DNA of 41,512 nt from Candidatus Latescibacterota bacterium (lineage in GTDB: Bacteria > Latescibacterota > UBA2968 > UBA8231), in the NCBI GenBank assembly GCA_965205655.1, contig CBDBIJ010000109.1:1-41512 (forward strand). Direction: 5' to 3'. The position numbers and the translations under genes were made by a program. Below are positions 8,821 to 19,119 of the stretch, in pieces. The notes under the pieces are model-generated. The model made no database searches. It was not told the DNA's origin and worked only from the letters and a program-made list of their open reading frames with translations. The stretch's first letter is position 1, and every line of letters starts with the position of its first letter.

Positions 8821-9570
8821 ATGCTGATCCCGAATCCGCTCGGTCACTACCACTTTCTCAGGGGTATTGACGCCTACTCCTGCGGGGTCATCGCCGACCC
8901 CGGATTCGAGATCGTCCGCGCGACGCTCAGGGAGCCTTTACCCTGGCTAAAAGGCTTCGACCGAGCCGCCGAGCACCTCGAGGCCGAAAACCGGGATCCC
9001 TCCGCCCTCTGCGGTATCGAGCTTCGCTGTCCAAGCCCCTACTCGCTGGAGGGATTCATTGCCTTCAACGAGTCGTATTGCAAGATCCTCAAACAGTGGG
9101 ACCTATACGTAGGTGAATACAACCCCGTGGCCCGCACCAACGTGGCTCCCCTCTACAGTCCTCCGGAGGATCCGACCCTGCACGCTTTTTCATACACGAT
9201 CCCATTCGACGGCAAGACCGATCTCACTCTCGTCATCGCTGGTGCCGGCGAGCTGCGGGACGGCGTGCTGGACCAGGCCGGCATTATTCGCTGCGGCGAC
9301 ACAGACGGCGGCGCCATGCGGGAGAAGGCGGCCTATGTCATGAAGGTGATGGAGGAGCGCATGGTCGCTCTCGGCGGTCGCTGGGACATGCTCAACGCCG
9401 TCAACGTCTACACCATTCACCCCCTGGACGGGCTTATCGAGGATGTCGTTTTGAATCGGCTCGGCCCGGCTCGACGCCACGGCGTCCAGTGGCACCACAC
9501 CCGGCCTCCGGTCGTGGACCTCGAGTTCGAAATGGACATGCACGGGGTGCGGCGGGAGCTGCTCATCTAA
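8821..9570 (+). CDS. CnbZ-like (2-amino-5-chloromuconate deaminase-like) protein
   Basis: YHFLRGIDAYSCGVIADPGFEIVRA, ALCGIELRCP.P...GF.AFN..Y, NPVARTNVAP, LHAFSYT, RPPVVDLEFEMD resemble the CnbZ family. True substrate unknown. Confidence 0.7.
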   Translation: MLIPNPLGHYHFLRGIDAYSCGVIADPGFEIVRATLREPLPWLKGFDRAAEHLEAENRDPSALCGIELRCPSPYSLEGFIAFNESYCKILKQWDLYVGEYNPVARTNVAPLYSPPEDPTLHAFSYTIPFDGKTDLTLVIAGAGELRDGVLDQAGIIRCGDTDGGAMREKAAYVMKVMEERMVALGGRWDMLNAVNVYTIHPLDGLIEDVVLNRLGPARRHGVQWHHTRPPVVDLEFEMDMHGVRRELLI

Positions 9571-9592
9571 CGATCTATCAGGAGATCTCCTA

Positions 9593-9765
9593 TTGAAGAA
9601 CGAATTCACCGCGGTAATGGAACAAGCTGAAGAGGATGGTTACTTCGCCTACTGCCCTGAGATGCCTGAGCGAATGGGCAGGGCGAGACTCGAGACGCAG
9701 CCTTGAACAACCTTCGCGAAGCTATTGCTCTCCTCAAGCTTGGCGTACCGGAGATGGGCGGCTAG
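9593..9765 (+). pseudogene. HicB-like antitoxin (one frameshift; no adjacent hicA)
   Basis: Not in the ORF track. SD AGGAG then TTG. Restoring one base near 9668 gives MKNEFTAVMEQAEEDGYFAYCPEMPGANGQGETRDAALNNLREAIALL, a classic HicB N-domain. Confidence 0.75.
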
Positions 9766-9789
9766 CATATCGGAGACAAAGTCAGGATG

Positions 9790-10494
9790 TCAGGCCAACC
9801 AGTTGCCCATCGGCACCACCTTCCAATCCCGGCCCTCTATGCAGACCGCACCGACGTAGCCGTCCCCGACCGATAGGTCTTGCAAACGCCAGCGTTCGAT
9901 CTCCTCCTCATCGTGAGCGGCCACATGAAGTAGCGCCGGCTGATCCAAACTGACGGCGAACGAGCTAGGAGGCGATGTCAATATTCCTTCCCCCTTTGCC
10001 TTCACGTACGCCTCTTTGCGAGTCCAACAGCGCAGGAACGCCTCCTTTCGTCGGTCGCCCGGTATCGCTTCGAGTTGCTCCACCTCTGCGGCGGCCAGGA
10101 ACCGGCGCGCGATGCGATCGTGCGACACCTCTCTATTGCCGTCCTCGACATCGATGCCCACATCTCTACCCTGCGTAATTGCATAGACCACCAGGGAACC
10201 GGAGTGTGTCAGGTTGAATCGGATATCGGCCGTATGCTCAGCGGCCAACAGAGGTTTGCCCGAATCGCTGTAGCGGAACGACAGGCTTTCGGGCGTCACG
10301 TTGAGGTAACGTGATAACAACGATCGCAGAATTCCGCGGGAGATGAGGAAACGGTTGCGGGGCTCGGGAAGGCGAAACAGCTGGGCCCGCTGGATCTCTT
10401 CGTCCGACAGCGAGGCTTCGAATTCGGACACACGAGCGACAGACTCGTCGAGATCCGCCTTCCATACGTGGACCTCGTCGCTGGGCAGTTGCAC
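9790..10494 (-). CDS. Sfp/HetI-type 4'-phosphopantetheinyl transferase
   Basis: LSDEEIQRA, GKPLL, FNLTHS, VGIDVE, WTRKEAYVKAKGEG. Confidence 0.93.
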   Translation of the reverse strand: MQLPSDEVHVWKADLDESVARVSEFEASLSDEEIQRAQLFRLPEPRNRFLISRGILRSLLSRYLNVTPESLSFRYSDSGKPLLAAEHTADIRFNLTHSGSLVVYAITQGRDVGIDVEDGNREVSHDRIARRFLAAAEVEQLEAIPGDRRKEAFLRCWTRKEAYVKAKGEGILTSPPSSFAVSLDQPALLHVAAHDEEEIERWRLQDLSVGDGYVGAVCIEGRDWKVVPMGNWLA

Positions 10495-10508
10495 CTGTCG
10501 GGCCTACT

Positions 10509-13240
10509 TCACTTCACCAACAGCATCTTCTGAACTGAGGTAAACTTCGCCGCCACGAGGCGCGTGAAGTAGATGCCGGAGGCGACGGACAGCCCGCCGT
10601 CATCCGTCCCATCCCACATAGCCTCGTACTGCCCCGGTTGGTGAGGCTCCTGTCTCAGCGTCCTCACCTTCTGGCCTGTAATATCCCAGATGTCGAGATA
10701 GACCACAGTCTCCTCCCGAATCTGGTAGCGGATGGTCTTCTCGGCGTTGAACGGATTCGGGAAGTTGTGATAGAGCTCCGAGAACAGTGGAATGCCGAGC
10801 AGCTCTCTCGCCTTGGCGAGCAGCTTCGCCTGCACGCGGGCGCCGAAGCTGTCTGCGAAAATGTGGAAATCGTCCAGATCGACGACGCCGTTGCCGTCCA
10901 TATCGTAGATCGGATCCGTCCCGCCGAAGGCATCGGCGAAAAGCCACAGATCGTTAAAATCAACCGCGCCACTCGAGTCGAAGTCCCCTCTCAACGAGAC
11001 TTCGACCGCCTCGTCCGAGATTGTCCCGATGGAGTTCATGATGAGGACGAGCTGTGTTGCGTCGGCGCGCTCGAGCGTCACCAGCGTCACCATCACGTCG
11101 CTCAGGTCGCTGAACCCATCCTGGATCTCGAACAGCATGTTGCCGAGCGTGACATTGCCGGATTTCACCACTACCGCACCTTCATCTCCGGTGAAAATGC
11201 CGCCCACCGTCACCTCTCCCGATCCCGTCGTCACCAGCGGCGCCAGACCTGCCGTCAGCTTGTGCGTTTCGAAGCTATCACTCACGTACTGCACCGCATT
11301 TGCATCGAACCCCAGCTGCGCGCTCCAACCGACGAATTCGGGAGCGCCCGCCACGTTCAGCTGCACCTCGACGGTTCCCCCGGTGCGGCGTTCCCGACGA
11401 TCCGCTGTTCCTGATCATTGGCGGCCACGGCGAAGTCGATCGTCACCGACCCTTCAGGTGGCACGCCCCCGTAGCCGAGCAATTCCACGTCGACCATCGG
11501 ATTCAACGCGTCATTCGTGGTCAGCGTGAGTATGCTCGCAATATCGCCCTCCGCGCCCGGCATGAGATCGACCGGGATGGTTCCCGACTGCCCGGGCTCG
11601 ATGTCCAGCGACGGCAGGCTCGAACTGAACGGCGATCCCTCCGCAAAGGCCAGAGTCACGCTCAGCACGGCTTCGCCGGTGTTTTGAATGAGGAGCCCGT
11701 TACTCGCCGTTGCCCCAACCGCGGCTGCACCAACGCCGAAGCTCGTGGGTACGCCGATCTGGCCGCCGACGAAGGTCTGGGCGCTGAGTGCGATTTCTAC
11801 AACGAGATTGTTGGGATCGTTAGTCGCAATCCTGATGATGTCCTCGAAGTTGCCCTCCACGTCGCTCAGATACGTGATCTCCACCAACCCACTTTCGGCC
11901 GGCGCGATCGTCAGCGGCGTCACCGTCACCGTCCATCTCGCCGTATCGATCTCGACTGCAGACACGACCAGATCGCCCTCTCCGGTATTGGCGATCGACA
12001 CGTTCAGCGTTTTCGGTATGTCCAGCCCGTTGATTCCGAAATCGACGGAAGTCTGCTCGACCTCGACGACTGGTGGAATCACAATCCCCTGCCCGGTCAC
12101 GACCACCTGGAAGGTTGACACCCCGAAATTGAGCGTGACCGTAACCGAAACCTCGCCCTCCTCCGTCGGGGCAAATGTGATACCATGGTTCACACTGGCA
12201 CCTGGGCCTGCAGTGAACTGTCCGTTCGCGAGCGCAAACCCGAGGTCACCGTCATCGAGCGCTGGCGTCGCAGAAGCCGATGTGCCGCCCGTATTCTGCA
12301 CCTGCAGCGACAGGGTGCTCGACTGTCCGACCTCCACGTCCCCGAAATCCAGGGTGGCCGCGAGCAGCGACAGTTGAGCAGGCGCGGGAGGCGGCGGCTC
12401 ACCGCTGCCGGTGAGGTTGATGGTGAATGACTCGACACCGAAGTCCAGCGTCAACGTGCCGGCGATGCTGCCGGTTGCAGTCGGCGTCAGAGTGACGTTA
12501 AGAGTGGTCGAGCCTCCCGCGGACACATTGAGGCTGGACGTCGAGAGACTGAACAAACTGCTGTTGGCCCCCGACAACGCGGGCGTGGCACTTCCTGTCT
12601 GACCGCCCGAATTCGCCACGTTCAGTGGAAGTGTGAGTGACTGTCCGATTTCGATGTTCCCGAAATCGAGTGCGTTCAATGGAATCGACAGATCCGCGGG
12701 CGGTGGCGGCGCAGCGGAACCGATCGCGAAGTTGTCGCTCACTGACAGAATGCTGGAACTGAGCGGCCCGATCGCACGCACGCGCCAGTAAAAGACATCC
12801 TCCGCCAGATCGGCGGGAAAGGTGTAGGTGTTGTCGGTCACATTCACGACTGTTGAACTGCCGAAACCTGAATCGTCGTCATACTCGAGTTCGTACTCCG
12901 TCGCTCCGAGCACATCATTCCAGTCCAGCGTCGGCGTCGCGTCAGCCTGCGTGGCGCCATTCTTCAGCACGAGTACGGGAGTGTGTAGAACCTTCGGCAC
13001 CTCCCAGTACCCCAGCCGGTGCTTGTTCGAGCCGTTGTCTGTCAGCCCGATAGTCACCTGGCCAACCGTCCCGTGCGGGGTCAACCCTCCGGCAGTGCTG
13101 GAGGAGCCGCCGTTCGATAGCACCTGGTGATCAACACCCGTCTGGGCGTTTACCGCGGATGCGGCGAGGCCCGCGACCAGCAAAGCGACTACACCGTAAC
13201 CGTTAGCGCGTCTCATAATGGCCATCCTTGCTCGAGACAT
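10509..13240 (-). CDS. secreted multidomain protein: N-terminal GG..GTVGQ..GYW domain, FN3-like, 4x ASH/choice-of-anchor-D Ig, cohesin-like, EF-hand/dockerin-like, T9SS/FlgD-Ig CTD (one frameshift)
   Basis: Signal peptide. ORFs 11357..13240 and 10509..11366 join if one C is added to the run at 11377-11381. GDFDSSGAVDFND..DMDGNGVVDLDDF, NFPNPFN..WDGTDDGG..SGIYF..KMLLVK. Confidence 0.8.
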
Positions 13241-13245
13241 TCTGA

Positions 13246-13616
13246 TTACTCACTCACGCTGGCAAGTAAGTTACTGTCCCGTCTTTCGGCACTGGCACGT
13301 TCATCCAACGCCATCGAGCCCTGCTCGACCAGGGACAGTATCTGCTCCATCCGTTCTTCCAGCTCCGCGACTCTCTTCTCCAGTCGTTCTGCCGTGTGGT
13401 TGCGCGTGAAGCTTTCAAAGAAGACAGAAATCTTCTTGTGTTTTCGCGCCTCGATCGCGCTGTGGACGTCGTTCCAATCCACGGCCTCGGCAGCGCGAAC
13501 CACGACGTACGCAATCTCATACTCACCCCTGTCCACCCTCGCGTGCCCGGCGACATCGGAGGAGATCGGATAGTCGGCTATCTCGATGTCCATTCCATCG
13601 TTGACGACCTACATTT
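13246..13616 (-). pseudogene. C-terminal remnant of the fibre protein (chaperone-like domain plus coiled coil), separated by IS256
   Basis: In frame with the 18248 ORF once the IS and one TSD copy are removed: ..MAVGNG|EM*VVNDGMDIEIADYPISSDVAGHA.. In-frame TAG at 13609-13611. Confidence 0.85.
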
Positions 13617-13624
13617 CGCCATTG

Positions 13625-15055
13625 CGCTTTGTCCCGATCTTAGTTGAAACAGCACAGGCTCCAATCGTTACGTTTTGATACGAGAAGCCCGTTGGAAGAA
13701 GTCTCGCATCGGTAACGATGGGGAGCCTGCAATGAGCAAGCTAGTAGCACGGAAGAAGGGCGTCAAACGAACGGTGAGCATCGGCAAGGTAGCACCCGAG
13801 ACTGCAGAGCAAGTAGAGGACCTGGATGGCCGGATTGAGGCGATCCAATGGCTGATTCCCTTGGGGCTGCAGGCGGTCGCGGAGGAGCTGCAAAGAGCGG
13901 TCGTTGAGTTGGCTGGGCCGCGGTATCAGCGCAAGGGGTCGGATCAGCCGTTACGCCGCTGGGGGTCTCAGCTCGGGTCGGTGTACCTGGCCGACCAGAA
14001 ACTACCCGTCGATGTGCCGCGGGTGCGCAACGTGGCCAACCATACCGAGGTCCCGCTGGATGTTTACCAGGCACTGCAGACGCCTCGACAGATGGACGAA
14101 GGTCTGCTGTTGCGGATGCTGAAGGGCATCGCCACGCGCAACTACGAGGCCTGCGCTGAGGCCGTACCCGAGGCCTTTGGTCTGTCATCCTCATCGGTGT
14201 CCCGTCGTTACGTGAAAGGCACGGCTCGAAAGCTGGCTGAATTCCAGGAGCGATCCCTGGAAGGATATGATCTGGTGGCGCTATTCCTCGACGGCAAGAG
14301 CTTCGCGGACGAGGAGTGATCATCATCGCCCTGGGCGTCACCCTCGACGGACAGAAGATTCCTCTTGGCTTCGTGCAGGCGGCCACGGAAAACGAGCGCG
14401 TCTGCCGTCGCTTCCTGTCCGATCTGGTCGAACGCGGTATGCAGTACGAAGCCGGACTGTTGGTCGTCATCGACGGCGCCAAGGGGCTTTACAAGGCGGT
14501 GATGTCGGTGCTCAAAGGACATGCCTGCGTGCAGCGCTGCCAGTATCACAAGCGCCAGAACGTCGTGTCGTATCTGTCCAAAAGCGAGCAGTCCGGTATG
14601 GGTCGCAAGATGGAGGCGGCCTACGGCAAACCGAGATACGAGGCGGCCAAGGCGGCACTGGACGCGCTCAAACCGGGCTTGAAGTTGATGAATCAGTCCG
14701 CCCTACACAGCCTCGAGGAAGGCATGGAAGAGACCCTCACACTCCATCGGTTGGGACTGACGCCGATGCTCAAGGATTCCTTCCGCACCACCAACTGCAT
14801 CGAGAACGTCAACAGTCTCCTGGAGCAGCTCACACACAACGTGCGACGCTGGACCAACTCATCACAGCGTCACCGTTGGGTAGCCACGGCACTGCTCGAC
14901 ATCGAACCACGTCTGCGCAGGGTCAAGGGCTATCGCCATCTGCCGATGCTCCGGCAAGCCATACAAGCCGAACTCGGCATCAAACAGCTCGCGATGATGG
15001 GCTGACACACTTACCCGAGCCTGTGATTTGTTTCAACTGAAACTGGGCCTTGACC
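13625..15055 (+). mobile_element. complete IS256-family element (~1.43 kb) with 8-9 bp target-site duplication
   Basis: CGCCATTG(C) at 13617-13625 and 15056-15064. Imperfect terminal IRs share CCC..AGTTGAAACA..CACAGGCTC. Confidence 0.92.
13732..15005 (+). CDS. IS256-family transposase (frameshift at ~14316)
   Basis: VDVPRVR, LSSSSVSR, LFLDGK, VVIDGAKGL, VQRCQYHKRQNV, RTTNCIE (DDE residues). Split into ORFs 13675..14319 and 14316..15005. Confidence 0.9.
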
Positions 15056-18000
15056 CGCCATTGCCGACCGCCATGACAAGGTGGGGATTGCCAGGTCCGG
15101 CGGGGTCTTGGGACTCCTGCAATCCAAGATAGGCGCCAAGGATCTTCGGATCGTTGGGGACGGAGGATGGGGTGATACCGTAGATGATCTCGGAGTCTGG
15201 GTTATCGTGCAGGCGGCGGTTGTCGCCGGTGAGGGTTGTGAGTATACCCAATCCGATCTTGCGATCAGTCCAAGCGTAGTGGGAGCCGGTGAACGCATTA
15301 TAGGAGATCGTATTTACTGCTACCGAGATTGTCCCTTCTTCGACGCCGTCCTGCTGGATAGATATAATGGGGCCGTCGGACAGAGTGCGATTGAAGGCGG
15401 CGACCGGGGCGCTGGCGTCTGTAACGTGGAGGTTTCTTGCAGGGTTTGTCTCGCCGATACCGACTTTACCCAGGCTGTTGATCTGCATAACCTCGGATCC
15501 ACCGTATCCCCCAGAGTAGAAACTCATGAACCCCGTGTACGCCGCTCTCAACTCTGAACCTTCGACCCCAAATCCATATTTCGCCTGCGCCGTGCCATCA
15601 TCATACAAGTTGATCTTTGTTCCTGTTACAGAATTGAAGCTCAATGGATGGAGTGGAGCCGTCGTCCCGATGCCGACGTTTCCGGATGGCTGCAATACCA
15701 GGTCGGAACCAGCTTGAGCTTGCACTTCTAAATCTCCCGTAACCGCATCCCGTTTTATGGAGCCTGCTGTTGCAGATGCAAACAGCAGGGATAGATCAAC
15801 ACCTGCAGACTTCAGGAGAATGTGGCCCGCGACCTCAAGCTTCTCTCCTGGTGCGGCTGTTCCGATACCGACGTTGCCGCCGTTTGTGACACGCATCCGT
15901 TCAAACCACGTGGCCCCATCATACATACTGAAGACCAGGTCATCGGTGACCCCGCCTCCAACTGGAGAGAGTCCGATATCAGCAGCCTTTGTCGGCGTCG
16001 CGTCTTTGTAAAACGAGAGAGAGCCAACTTCGAGGATCTGCCCTGAACCAGTACTGGCTTTGACGATGTCCAGCGGAACTCTGGGAGTGGTCGTGCCGAT
16101 GCCGACGTTGCCATTACCCGCAATCCGCATCCTTTCGGTTCCCGCCGTATTGATCGCAGCCGCAGTATGGAACCTGATTATGGACGCAGCATCGTAACCG
16201 GCCCAACCACCTCCAATGTCTACAAGGTTGTCTGTCGCATTCGCCGATCCACCGATGACACGCCAGAGGCCATCTGCATTGGTGTTCTGTGTACCGACTA
16301 TGCTTAGGTTCTTGGCCGTCACATCAGCGTCTGTGTCCGAGATACGGACTGCTCCGTTCGGATCGCCGACGATGTCAAGACGCACATCCGGGCTGGTCGT
16401 GCCGATGCCCACCCCCCCTGCCGCCCGGATCAGAAACTGGTCTGCCGCCGTGGAAGCGAAGTCGGCAGCTGTCTGATCCGCCCAGACGAAGGCTCCAGGG
16501 TGGTTGGCCTTGGCCTGTCGACCCGCGGCGAAGCTGTAAAGCCCGGTCGCCTCGTTCATCAGACCGCCCGGAACCGTTGAGTTATCCGCAGTGGCCATGT
16601 TGTTTTTGCCGCCGGACACAACCGCATCCTGACCGCTGGCAGTGTTGGCATTGCCCCCGCCAACGGTAGCGGTGTTGCCGCTGGCGGTGTTGGTGGTGCC
16701 CCCTGCCACTGTGGATCCGACCGTGGAGGCAGTGTTGCTGGAGCCACCACCGATCGTGGCGCTGCCGAAGGTCGCGTCGTTGAATGTTCCTCCTGCTACG
16801 GTCGCGTTGAGCGCCGTGGCCGTGTTCAGCTGGCCGCCGCCGATAGTAGAGGTGATGCCGCTTGCCGTGTTCGTGACGCCTCCACTGACGACGGACCGCT
16901 GTCCCGAGGCGATGTTATCGCTCCCGCCGGTCACCGTGGATTCGTCGCCGATGTTGGCGTCGTCCCACTGCGTGCCCGCAACGACGCCTGCCCTGAAGGC
17001 GTCTTTGGCAGGGTACCACATCATCCGCGTACCGGCGCCGGTCGCCGGAATCGCGCCGGTCGTGCCGTCGAGGAGCAGACTGCCGTTGTTGACGTGGAGC
17101 TGTGAAGCCGGACTTGTCGTGCCGATGCCGACGCCACCTACGGCTCGAATCAGAAACTGATCCACCGCCGTCGATGCGAAATCAGCTGCAGTCTGGTCTG
17201 CCCAGACGAAGGCGCCGGCGTGATTGGCTTTTGCCCGCTGGCCAGCCGCAAAACTGTAGTTGCCTGACGCCACGTTGTCTTTGCCACCCGGAACAGTCGA
17301 ACTGATTCCGCCTGCCAGACTGCCCTCACCACCGGATACTGTCCCGTGTTGACCGCTGGCGGCGTTGTTGATGCCACCACCTACCGTGGCATGGGCGCCA
17401 CTGGCGGCGTTATCCTCGCCGCCGGTTATCGTGGAGCTCGCGCCGATATTGGCGTCATCCCACTCCGTTCCGGTGACCTTCCCGGCGCGAAAAGCACCCT
17501 TGGCCGGTATCCACATCAGACGGGTTCCCGCCCCTGATGCCGGCGTTGTACCAACCGTACCGTCCGCCAGAATACTCCCCGTATTCACGTGAAGGCCGTC
17601 GGCGCCCTGGATCTGAACCGCGCCGTTGTCCGCCGTGATGGTGCGCCCCACGCCCACACCACCTTCGTCATAGGCCATATCCAGATTGTTCCCACCGGCG
17701 GCACTGGAAGCTATGGTCAGCGTGTTTCCAGCCGGCGTGATCGTCACGTTCGCACCCTGTGCCAACGTCACCGCATCGGTCAAGGAGTTCACGCTCGTCA
17801 CCACCTGTGCGGCGGCTATATCCCCGACAGCAATCGCCCCATCCGCGATCTTCGCGCTCGTCACCGCATCGTCGTCCACGGATTTCGCATGGAAGGCGTA
17901 CGGCGACGTCGTCAGCTCGATCCTGGGGGTCAGCTCGGCACCGCCGTCCACAGCGATCCCCAGCCACAACGCTCCATCAAACGCGATGCCAATAGGCGTC

Positions 18001-18248
18001 ACGCTTCCCAGTTCGACGCCCAGAACACCGTTGGTCGTGTTCACTGACCCCTGCGTCTCCGTCCACAGTGCCGATCCGCCGGTGGAAACGCTGTAAAGCT
18101 CGAACACCAAGCTATGGCTGCCGTCCGCAACCGGCGCTCCTGAGCCGTCTGTAAGGACGCCCTGATAGCTCATTTTGGTAGGCACCTGTGCCCAAACTCC
18201 CGACGCAAGACCTATCACAAGGCAGATAGAAGTCATCCGATGTCTCAT
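15056..18248 (-). pseudogene. secreted tail-fibre/trimeric-adhesin-like protein, interrupted by IS256
   Basis: Signal peptide then QVPTKMSYQGVLTD. Contains 15-aa TVxGGxxNxASG repeats, six G(N/G/K)VGIG(T/E) motifs and an FTGSH-containing C-terminal domain. The terminal GSRPSFS* is IS-derived. Confidence 0.8.
16388..17590 (-). repeat. intragenic tandem duplication of a module with variable 15-aa repeat number (4 vs 9)
   Basis: GTRLMWIPAKGAFRAG..WDDANIG vs GTRMMWYPAKDAFRAG..WDDANIG, and YSFAAG..AFVWADQTAADFASTAxDQFLIRAxGGVGIGTTSP present twice. Confidence 0.85.
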
Positions 18249-18506
18249 CGTATCGCCTCCCAGAATCGAAACGTCGCCCCGTTGCCGATAGGCTCAAAAC
18301 GCGACGTAAGTCGTTGAATTACTTTGTGATGTGGTAGACGCCAAATTACTCGAACTGATGATCGGATTCCACTCTTTTTTTCTCTCAAAGCAGCCTATCT
18401 TTACACAGACGAGGCCATCGGCACTCGAGACCGCGGGCGCGGCGCTGGTCTCCCGTGCGCGTCCCGCTTGATGAGAACCTTCCGTTGGATCTTCCAGATA
18501 CGCCTC

Positions 18507-18553
18507 TTGCATGTGTTGGCCATATGGCTTATTTTATAGAGCAGTTTGGCCAA
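18507..18553 (+). promoter_or_regulatory. putative promoter and operator of the Xre-RES TA operon
   Basis: TTGCAT-17 bp-TATTTT with a perfect palindrome GCCATATGGC (18519-18528) in the spacer and a degenerate copy GCAGTTTGGC (18541-18550). Confidence 0.5.
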
Positions 18554-18573
18554 GACGACAGAGGACTATATCG

Positions 18574-19119
18574 ATGACGATTCGAAAGAAACGATCGCGA
18601 CGAGGCCCCGGCGAGCGCCGTCGACCGAAGCCAGGCGTCATTCTGACCTGGACACCGCAGGGAGTTCGACCTGGGAAGGCGACTGGCCTCAAAACGAGTG
18701 CACCCGCGAGGCGCCGGGTTCCTGGCTCTTCCGTGGGGGTGGATGAGCGTGATACACGAGGCGTTATTCGAGCCCTGAAGCAGGGTCTGCCGATTTCCGC
18801 TTTCGAGGGGCTCCAGGCGGAGTTGGAAGTGTCCTCGCAGACACTCGCTGCTGCCACCAACATCGCGGTCCGCACGCTGACCAGACGAAAACGCGAAGGC
18901 CGCTTGCAGCCGGATGAGTCCGAGCGGCTCTATCGAATCGGTTCCCTCTACGACCGCGCGGTCGAGGTGCTGGGTGATAGAGACGGCGCCAGACATTGGT
19001 TCAAGAGCCCCAAGCGGGCCTTGAACGGCGAGGCGCCGCTCACGTACGGTGACACCCAACCCGGTGCGCGCGAGGTCGAAGACCTGCTTGGCAGACTGGA
19101 GCATGGTGTCTTCTCGTGA
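18574..19119 (+). CDS. Xre/MbcA/ParS-family antitoxin (DUF2384)
   Basis: IAVRTLTRRKREGRLQPDESERLYR..ARHWF..ALNGEAPL..GAREVEDLLGRLEHGVFS. Start at ATG after SD GAGGA. Confidence 0.9.
   Translation: MTIRKKRSRRGPGERRRPKPGVILTWTPQGVRPGKATGLKTSAPARRRVPGSSVGVDERDTRGVIRALKQGLPISAFEGLQAELEVSSQTLAAATNIAVRTLTRRKREGRLQPDESERLYRIGSLYDRAVEVLGDRDGARHWFKSPKRALNGEAPLTYGDTQPGAREVEDLLGRLEHGVFS

Noticed and set aside
13609..13611. TAG as pyrrolysine or recoded stop
   Set aside because: It lies in a fragment already cut off by the IS, TAG ends other genes here (e.g. mreD), and it is one change from TGG.
14300..14330. Programmed frameshift in the IS transposase
   Set aside because: IS256 transposases are single ORFs and there is no slippery heptamer. 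A 1-bp deletion (error or mutation) is simpler.
16388..17290. DGR template/variable repeat pair
   Set aside because: Differences are synonymous-site rather than adenine-specific, both copies are in frame, and there is no reverse transcriptase.
15056..18248. Prophage or tailocin tail gene
   Set aside because: It has a Sec signal peptide, and no capsid, tail, baseplate, integrase or lysis genes are in the window.
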